Assembly: GCF_000012805.1 (NCBI RefSeq)
Contig: NC_007484.1
Location: 2,460,001 to 2,492,000 of the forward strand
Direction of reading: 5' to 3'
Origin: Nitrosococcus oceani ATCC 19707
GTDB lineage: Bacteria > Pseudomonadota > Gammaproteobacteria > Nitrosococcales > Nitrosococcaceae
DNA length: 32,000 nucleotides
Every line of letters starts with the position of its first letter. Within the stretch, counting starts at the first letter, position 1. The notes beneath the pieces are model-generated. The model was not told the origin of the DNA. It saw only the letters and a list, made by a program, of their open reading frames with translations, and made no database searches. This document shows positions 26,317 through 32,000 of this stretch, one piece after another. The translations under genes were made by a program, and so were the position numbers.

Positions 26317-27534
26317 CTAATGTCGTATACGCTTCCTAATTTTTCCAGCCGTTTGACGTATTTTTTTCAGCCATCGCCTCGCCCATGCAAATTCGATGGC
26401 CAAAATGCCTAAACCAATTGGGATCACGACTACCGCAGGTCCCGGCAGTACAATCATTGCGACTCCCACTAAAAGTACCGAGGTACCGAGAACAAGCACC
26501 ACAATTCGCCGGGCTTGCCGATAACTAAGAACAGCTAAAACAACTAGGTCGTTAAACAGCGGTGTGGCATCCTCATCAGAATCCCGGGGTGAAATAAACA
26601 AAGAAGCAAGAATACCCAGCGTGAGAATACTTCCAATAATGACTAGGGAGATAATATTCGGGATAGGATAATAATAAATTAACGTTATTTTTATGGCGAA
26701 ATAAACCAAGATAAAAACTAGGCTCAATTTAATGTAGCGAAATCGCTCCACATGACCCGCAATCGTGAAATAGAGAGCATGAAGGCCAAGCACTGAAAAA
26801 ACATTACAAGTGAATACCAAAAAGGGATCTTGGGTGACGGCAAAAATAGCAGGAATAGAGTCGAGGGCAAATATTAAATTAGTACTTACCACCAGAATCA
26901 GCGCAAGCAGCAAAGGCGTTACAGCGCGGCTTCCATTTAGGGTGCTAAAAAAATACCCCCCTTTAAAATCATCCACAACGGGATAGAATTTTTTAACCAT
27001 GATCAGTAAGGGATTACGGTTTATATTGACGTTGCCATGACGGATCATCAGCATCTTCACTGCGGTTGCTAGGAGCAATCCCCCAAACAAATAGACTATC
27101 CACTGGAAACGCTCCATCAATGCAACACCTAATGTTATCATGATGACGCGCAGTCCAACCGCCCCCAGAATCCCCCACAACAGCATACGATGTTGCTCCA
27201 CCACGGGAATTTTCAGGTATGAAAATATCATAGCGATGACAAAAATATTGTCTATCGACAAGGATTTTTCCATCAGGAAGCCCGTCAAGAATTGGATTGC
27301 GGCTTGTTGTCCACTAGCATTGTGGGAGGCCAGATCGCTCCATCCAAGCCAATTATTCTCATAAAGAAAATATACAAATACGTTAAAACAAAGCGCCAGG
27401 GCCACCCAGGTAACTGTCCAGACCAGGGATTCTTTGACGCAAACTATACGCGCCCCGCGATTCAGAACGATAAGATCTAACACTAATAACCCAATAATAA
27501 GGGCGATAACGCCGATCCAAATGGAAACCGTCAT
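26317..27534 (-). CDS. TerC-family integral membrane protein fused to a C-terminal PGPGW-type two-TM domain
   Basis: 405 aa. The TerC-like core carries EKSLSIDNIFVIAMIF and FALDSIPAIFAVTQDPFLVFTCNVFSVLGLHALYF. The C-terminal ~85 aa (RRIVVLVLGTSVLLVGVAMIVLPGPAVVVIPIGLGILAIEFAWARRWLKKIR) match my memory of the PGPGW putative membrane domain. Its stop lies 37 nt upstream of the MscK-like start, so the two are probably co-transcribed. Confidence 0.75.
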   Translation of the reverse strand: MTVSIWIGVIALIIGLLVLDLIVLNRGARIVCVKESLVWTVTWVALALCFNVFVYFLYENNWLGWSDLASHNASGQQAAIQFLTGFLMEKSLSIDNIFVIAMIFSYLKIPVVEQHRMLLWGILGAVGLRVIMITLGVALMERFQWIVYLFGGLLLATAVKMLMIRHGNVNINRNPLLIMVKKFYPVVDDFKGGYFFSTLNGSRAVTPLLLALILVVSTNLIFALDSIPAIFAVTQDPFLVFTCNVFSVLGLHALYFTIAGHVERFRYIKLSLVFILVYFAIKITLIYYYPIPNIISLVIIGSILTLGILASLFISPRDSDEDATPLFNDLVVLAVLSYRQARRIVVLVLGTSVLLVGVAMIVLPGPAVVVIPIGLGILAIEFAWARRWLKKIRQTAGKIRKRIRH

Positions 27535-27875
27535 TACTGATTATCTCCATAGTCGGCTGAATACAGAAAAACATCCATAGCTAAAATCCGCAAAAAAAAC
27601 ACTCCCTTAAGATCAAGAAAAAAAGACACTTATTGTATAGTGTATCGCCACACACAAGGCATGGTAGGGCGGAAGGAAAGGATGCTTAGGAAAAACACGG
27701 TTGCTAGAGAAGCTGTATGAAGGGGAGATATTTAATAGAGAAAACAGCAATAACATTAATGCAGAAATCTCTCAATACAGCGAAGTAGGCTCTTAAATCT
27801 TCTTTGGGGGCAGGGACTGCGGGGAATCATTGTGGGTAGGCGGGAGAACCTTTGATTCCGTGCTTTAACAGGATT

Positions 27876-28613
27876 TTACCGGCAGAATCCGACAGAGCCA
27901 GGCGCACACTCACGTTGATCAGGCCATACAGCATGATCTAATTTTACCCCTCGCAAGGAAGCTCCCTCTAAGTTAGCCCCTAGCAAATTAGCATAGGAGA
28001 GATCGGCATAATCTAATTTGGCATGGCTCAGATTAGCACTTTGCAAATTAGCACTTCGCAGCACAGCATTAGAAAGATCGGCATAGGCCAAGTTTGCAGA
28101 AGCCATATTAGCATAGGCTAAAGTGGCTGAAGCTAGAGAAATTCGGCGCAAATCGGCACCTGCAAATGATGAGTTGTGAAGATTGGCACCGCTCAGGTTA
28201 ACCGCTGCCAGATCTTTCCCTGAAAGAAGACAGTTACTCCAATTCACACCTGGACGGGGGAGCATATCACAGTTTTTTACCACTCTAACAGGCGATAGGA
28301 AAACTATTACTCCCAGGAAAACAACGATCACCAAGATAATTGCTCCGATGAAGCGGTATTTAAAACTATGACTGGTCTGACACGCTTCTAATTGAGTTCT
28401 GAGCTGGGTTCGCGCTATGCGGTATCTAATGATTTCAGGAAGTTCAGGAGAGCGCCGATCCTTCTTCCCACGCTGCTCGAAGGGAGGACGCCGCCTCTTA
28501 AATTTGCGGCGATCATACCCCGAGCGGCGGTCATCCCAAAGATACCCCCCTTCATCTTGTTTCAGTAAGCCCGGAAAAAACTCGGCCTTACTTTTATCAT
28601 GTTTTACTTTCAC
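27876..28613 (-). CDS. Membrane-anchored pentapeptide-repeat protein with an Arg-rich N-terminal tail
   Basis: 245 aa. The basic N-terminus is DDRRSGYDRRKFKRRRPPFEQRGKKDRR, followed by one TM segment (FIGAIILVIVVFLGVIVFL). About 20 consecutive A(D/N)LxX pentapeptides follow (ANLHNSSFAGADLRRISLASATLAYANMASANLAYADLSNAVLRSANLQSANLSHAKLDYADLSYANLLGANLEGASLRG). The start codon is uncertain: the GTG at 28613 has no obvious SD. Confidence 0.75.
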   Translation of the reverse strand: MKVKHDKSKAEFFPGLLKQDEGGYLWDDRRSGYDRRKFKRRRPPFEQRGKKDRRSPELPEIIRYRIARTQLRTQLEACQTSHSFKYRFIGAIILVIVVFLGVIVFLSPVRVVKNCDMLPRPGVNWSNCLLSGKDLAAVNLSGANLHNSSFAGADLRRISLASATLAYANMASANLAYADLSNAVLRSANLQSANLSHAKLDYADLSYANLLGANLEGASLRGVKLDHAVWPDQRECAPGSVGFCR

Positions 28614-28689
28614 CGAAGATTAGACATAGTAACTAACTATTAGTTTTTAATATAAGAAGCTACGCGGTTACCCTACTTGGGGTCGAAGA

Positions 28690-28960
28690 AAGGCAGTGAG
28701 AAAAGGTTGCTGCTCAGGTGGCGCGTGATGGGGGTATTCTGGTGGTGGACAGTTTAATCCTGGATAAACCCTATGCGAAAAAATAAAATTGGCCTACCGC
28801 CACCGGTCAGGCAGCCATCATCTGGTGCTCGAAGAGGTTAACCCGATCCGATCGTACTACTATGGAGTGATAGCGAACGACAAAGCCGGTGATGGGTTGG
28901 CTAAGGACGACTATTTCCAGAGAATAATCAACACCGCTCTTACCGTCTGCTCAATGGTAA
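28690..28960 (+). pseudogene. Degenerate fragment of an IS4/IS701-like DDE transposase gene
   Basis: Reading across one stop and frameshift gives ...VAAQVARDGGILVVDSLILDKPYAKK*/KIKLAYRHRSGSHHLVLEEVNPIRSYYYGVIANDKAGDGLAKDDYFQRIINTAL. This parallels the block I recall from DDE transposases: ...VDD..LDKPYA.K.ELV.RHWSGKHH.VV.GINL......DY..Y.K..DGLTKN.HF..M...A. Only ~90 of more than 350 expected codons remain. I found no terminal inverted repeats. Confidence 0.5.
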
Positions 28961-29018
28961 CCGTTACAAACTTATATTTCCCTACATTATATTATAAAAG
29001 AGAAGTCCTTGCTTTAAT

Positions 29019-29417
29019 CTACCCCGATACAGTATTTGGTCCCGAGCTTGCGTTATGTAATAAATACACTAACTCTGCCTCATTTTGAGATAACCCACAG
29101 CGGGCAACCAATTGATCGATATCGGCGCCGCTGCGCACCATCTTTATCGCCTGACTATAAGCACGTGCTTCCGGTGTATGCAAATTAATTTGATCTTGCC
29201 ACTCGGCAAGCTTTTTTACCCGCTGATCCAGCCGCACGATTTGGTTTCCCAATTCGGCCCTATCAGTACAAAGAACCCCAAAATCCCGCTGTAATTGCTG
29301 AAGATGGATAGCCTGCTCCTCTAGTTGCCGGCCAGTTCGGTGCAAAATAAAGTTCAAATAGAGCACTAAGATAAGCAGTATTCCTGTCACCGATAAAAGC
29401 AACCAATCTAATTCCAT
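29019..29417 (-). CDS. DUF2802-like protein (flagellar/chemotaxis-cluster-associated)
   Basis: About 132 aa from the ATG at 29417, with a GAGAGG SD; the ORF track starts one codon earlier at a GTG. It has an N-terminal TM segment (LLLSVTGILLILVLYLNFIL), a coiled coil, and a C-terminal helix-turn-helix-like tail (IDQLVARCGLSQNEAELVYLL), as in DUF2802 proteins found at the ends of che/mot clusters. Confidence 0.65.
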   Translation of the reverse strand: MELDWLLLSVTGILLILVLYLNFILHRTGRQLEEQAIHLQQLQRDFGVLCTDRAELGNQIVRLDQRVKKLAEWQDQINLHTPEARAYSQAIKMVRSGADIDQLVARCGLSQNEAELVYLLHNASSGPNTVSG

Positions 29418-29440
29418 CACTACCTCTCATACCTGTCTTT

Positions 29441-29765
29441 TTACCAAAAGTGAAGAGCAGCGCGCTCTCCGCTGTTGATATGAACCCAATTCCGAGGGGA
29501 AGCCTCCACCTCCAATGAGCGCCGGCTAAAGGATCGCTCCAGTATGACTAACACTACGAGCCGATCCCGCACCTTTAAACACCAGCACCACTTTTGCTCC
29601 AAACTTGGCGCTTCCACCTGCAAAAAGCAGGCTATCGTTGATTTCCATTTCCAGCCATGCCTGGCCTTGACTAAGACGAAGCAAATCTTCTTCGATCAAA
29701 ATCTGAAAGACAGCACTAATCTCCTGAGTAATGATTTCAATGTCCGCTTGCCTATTACAGCTTCC
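29441..29765 (-). pseudogene. MotB/MotD-like (OmpA-type stator) gene remnant, lacking a start and frameshifted
   Basis: The minus-strand frame is open from 29765 to the stop at 29526 and has no initiation codon until late. It reads QADIEIITQEISAVFQILIEEDLLRLSQGQAWLEMEINDSLLFAGGSAKFGAKVVLVF...*. Downstream, in shifted frames, it reads GGGGFPS / NWVHINSGERAALHFW*. Order and spacing mimic the MotB periplasmic hallmarks: (strand)-xLFxxGSAxL, then ~40 aa, then SNWELSAxRA. The supplied 60-aa ORF (29441..29623) is only the tail of this relic. Confidence 0.4.
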
Positions 29766-29823
29766 TCAAGGGCGTACAAAATTCCTGTACGCTAAAATAT
29801 CCAGAAAAATAAGGTTGGGAGAC

Positions 29824-30528
29824 TCAATTCAGCCACTCGCTCAGGCGAGCCCGCAGACGCAAGACAGCACGTGACTCGCTCACCCCTAGTACTTCGCCGA
29901 TTTCCCGGAGATTGAGATCCTCGACATAATAGAGCGACATCACCAATCGCTCCCGCTCCGGGAGACCCTCAATAGCTTCAACCAATGCCCCACGGAAGTT
30001 TTGATCCTGTAATCCCTCGTAGGGGCCTTTTAAAGAAGCGCTCAGAGGCTCCGATTCCTCACCCTCGTTGAATTCATCCAGGCTAAATACCCGATAACCG
30101 CCTGCATCCTGCAATAGTCGATGATATTCATTAAGCGGCAACCCCAGCTCTTCAGCGACTTCATGATCCCGTGCGTCCCGGCCTTCACGGTTTTCAACTT
30201 CCCGCATGACCTCGGCAACCTGCCTCGCCTTACGATGGACCGAGCGGGGCGCCCAATCATTACGGCGAATTTCATCCAGGATGGCGCCCCGTATACGGAT
30301 TCCCGCATAAGTCTCAAAGCTTGCTCCTTGGGAAGCATTGTAATTACGAGCTGCCTCTAGTAAGCCAATCATACCTGCCTGAATAAGGTCATCCAATTGC
30401 ACACTGGGCGGCAGTCGGGTTAACAGATGGTAAGCAATACGCTTAACCAACGGTGCATACTGAGCAACCAATTCATCATCTTTTCTCTTCTCTTGCGTAC
30501 GAGTAGCGTAAGCAACAACCCCATTCAT
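29824..30528 (-). CDS. fliA: Flagellar sigma factor sigma-28 (FliA), with an apparent in-frame deletion in region 4.2
   Basis: 234 aa, near-collinear with the FliA sequences I recall: YAPLVKRIAYHLL.RLP.SVQ..DL.QAGMIGLLEAA..Y....GASFETYAGIRIRGA.LDE.R..DWAPRSVHR, ...LPERERLV..LYY.E.LNL.EIGEVLGVSESR. The ATGA overlap with the flhG stop suggests translational coupling. See the finding on the missing VSQ[LI]HSQ. Confidence 0.9.
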   Translation of the reverse strand: MNGVVAYATRTQEKRKDDELVAQYAPLVKRIAYHLLTRLPPSVQLDDLIQAGMIGLLEAARNYNASQGASFETYAGIRIRGAILDEIRRNDWAPRSVHRKARQVAEVMREVENREGRDARDHEVAEELGLPLNEYHRLLQDAGGYRVFSLDEFNEGEESEPLSASLKGPYEGLQDQNFRGALVEAIEGLPERERLVMSLYYVEDLNLREIGEVLGVSESRAVLRLRARLSEWLN

Positions 30529-31460
30529 GATAATTCCCCTTTACTATAAGAATCTCCGGCACAAGCTTTTTTAGCCGGTCTATCGACGACATACAGACTA
30601 GATTGCACTAAGCGCTCTACAAAGAATTCTAGATGCCCTCCGGGTTCTCTCCGCATTGGCCAACGAATCGCCTTCTGGGCTAAATGCATGAAAGCTGCCG
30701 CCGATTTGCTTCTGGGATAACTGCTAACCACCGCGCTTTGTTTTTTCACCGCCTTACGAAGGCAATCGTCATAAGGCACTACCCCCGAAAACTCCAATGT
30801 CACATCCAAAAACTGGTTGGTGACTTTGACAAGCTTGTCATACAATTCCCTACCCTCCTGAATACTGCGGGCCATATTGGCAAGTATATGAAACCGATGC
30901 AGCCGATGATCCCTGCTCAATATCTTGATTAAGGCATAAGCATCAGTAATAGAAGCAGGCTCATCGCAAACGACCATCAACACCTCTTGGGCCGCCCGGG
31001 TAAAACTAATCACACTGTCAGAGATTCCAGCGGCAGTATCAATTAGCAAGACATCCAGAGCCGTACCGAGCTTACTGAAAGCATGGATAAGACCCGCATG
31101 TTCCGCCGGACTAAGATGCGCCATGGCCCGTGCGCCTGAAGCTGCCGGCACGACCTTGATCCCTGCCGGCCCAGGGATAATAATGTCCTCTAATGAACAC
31201 TCCCCATTAACCACATGGGCCAAGTTATAAGTAGGTTGTAACCCTAACAATACATCAATATTTGCTAGCCCTAGATCGGCATCCAGCAACATCACTTTTT
31301 GACCTTGATTGGCCAGGGCTACCGCTAGATTGACTGAAACATTGGTTTTACCGACTCCCCCTTTACCACCGGTAATCGCCACTACCCGAACAGGATGGGC
31401 CATCTGCCGTAAGCCACTGGCCTGATCAATCCGTGCTTCAGACATGAGCATAAGCGCCAC
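30525..31460 (-). CDS. flhG: MinD/ParA-type ATPase FlhG (FleN), flagellar number/placement regulator
   Basis: Deviant Walker A AITGGKGGVGKT. The protein is collinear with FleN along its whole length (NVSVNLA.ALA..G..VMLLDADLGLANIDVLLGL...VVCDEP.SITDAYALIK.L.RDH...RF..LANMA...EGR.L..KL.KVT..FLDV). The N-terminal DQASGLR matches the FlhF-activating DQAxxLR motif, so the start must be one of the ATGs at 31460, 31451 or 31445. All three overlap the flhF 3' end. Confidence 0.9.
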   Translation of the reverse strand: MALMLMSEARIDQASGLRQMAHPVRVVAITGGKGGVGKTNVSVNLAVALANQGQKVMLLDADLGLANIDVLLGLQPTYNLAHVVNGECSLEDIIIPGPAGIKVVPAASGARAMAHLSPAEHAGLIHAFSKLGTALDVLLIDTAAGISDSVISFTRAAQEVLMVVCDEPASITDAYALIKILSRDHRLHRFHILANMARSIQEGRELYDKLVKVTNQFLDVTLEFSGVVPYDDCLRKAVKKQSAVVSSYPRSKSAAAFMHLAQKAIRWPMRREPGGHLEFFVERLVQSSLYVVDRPAKKACAGDSYSKGELS

Positions 31461-32000
31461 CCCTTCCGAAAGTTTGAGCTAAGACCTCATCCGTTAATCC
31501 TTTCTCCTGCTCATGGGCATATTCGCTGAGCAAATGGACGATGTTCTGGGCGCGGGCTGGAGAAAAATCCTCCGGTACCCGTTGTCCATCGCAGACATAG
31601 GCTAAAGGTAAATGATGACGAATAGCAGCGGACACCATTCCGCCGAGGCTGGCCGCCTCGTCAAGTTTGGTAAGGATACAGCCGGCAAGATCTATCCGGT
31701 TGAATTTCCGTACTACTTCATCTAACACCGAGAATTGGGTAGCGGCGGAGAGCACTAAGTAGTTCCTGATTTCTAGGGTACCCTCTGCAAGCATGGTAAA
31801 TTGCTCGGTAAGATGCATATCCCGCTGGCTCATACCTGCCGTGTCAATAAGTACTAATCGCCGATCCGCCAAATATTCCAGGGTTTCCTGTAATGTCTGC
31901 TGATCACGGGCCACCTTGACTGGAATACCCAGAATGCGGCCATAGGTATGCAACTGCTCCTGGGCGCCGATGCGGAAACAATCAGTGGTCACCAGAGCAA
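31438..32000 (-). CDS. flhF: SRP-type GTPase FlhF, C-terminal part (gene continues beyond the window edge)
   Basis: The frame stays open to position 32000 (...ALVTTDCFRIGAQEQLHTYGRILGIPV...). G-domain motifs are LIDTAGMSQRD and ILTKLDEAASLGG. The 'M' at 31992 in the ORF track is an internal GTG (Val). Confidence 0.9.
   Translation of the reverse strand, partial: ALVTTDCFRIGAQEQLHTYGRILGIPVKVARDQQTLQETLEYLADRRLVLIDTAGMSQRDMHLTEQFTMLAEGTLEIRNYLVLSAATQFSVLDEVVRKFNRIDLAGCILTKLDEAASLGGMVSAAIRHHLPLAYVCDGQRVPEDFSPARAQNIVHLLSEYAHEQEKGLTDEVLAQTFGRGGAYAHV

Noticed and set aside
27950-28210. Short periodic DNA repeats (…GCAAATTAGCA…, …GATCGGCATA…) that could look like a tandem repeat or CRISPR-like array.
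   Set aside because: The periodicity is 15 nt, in frame, and is fully explained by the pentapeptide (A[DN]LxX) coding repeats. There are no unique spacers.
28789-29088. 99-aa + strand ORF offered by the ORF track as a possible gene.
   Set aside because: Its N-terminal half is one frame of the decayed transposase fragment. Its C-terminal half is antisense to the DUF2802 gene 3' end. It is not an independent gene.
29772-29792. Hairpin GCGTACA-N7-TGTACGC just downstream of the fliA stop.
   Set aside because: The stem is only 7 bp and no T-run follows on the fliA strand. It may be incidental sequence within the mot-relic region.

Overview
This looks like a chromosomal segment from a gammaproteobacterium; I cannot name the species. 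G+C is roughly one half overall, with clearly AT-rich patches. I count about 24 apparently intact protein genes and no rRNA, tRNA or CRISPR array.

Gene content from left to right:
- An AT-rich block holding an NhaC-type antiporter, a lipoprotein, and a large membrane protein that fuses an HTTM (vitamin-K-carboxylase-like) domain to a DCC-type CxxC domain.
- A DUF2333 protein, a small MTH1187/YkoF-like protein and a DegP/DegQ protease.
- A three-gene ABC module: ATPase, fused ABC-2 permease + GldG-like protein, and a DUF4340-like protein.
- Three exported enzymes: a BNR/Asp-box propeller protein, a Tat-dependent PhoX phosphatase and a PQQ-type sugar dehydrogenase.
- Small SRPBCC and GlcG-like proteins.
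- A tightly coupled vWA + membrane J-domain gene pair, with a divergent SAM methyltransferase.
- A TerC-PGPGW fusion followed by an MscK-like giant mechanosensitive channel, then a membrane pentapeptide-repeat protein.
- A junction containing a decayed DDE-transposase fragment, a DUF2802 gene and a start-less, frameshifted MotB-like remnant.
- The polar-flagellum regulatory genes flhF (partial), flhG and fliA.

Most notable observations:
1. fliA lacks about 7 codons, in frame, inside the region-4.2 recognition helix. It sits next to a MotB-like relic and an IS relic, which suggests an eroding flagellar locus.
2. The vWA/J-domain membrane pair is uncharacterised.
3. The HTTM+DCC fusion is followed by a Glu-rich exported lipoprotein inside an AT-rich island.

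All family calls come from reading the supplied translations and from memory of the families. No searches or computations were run.
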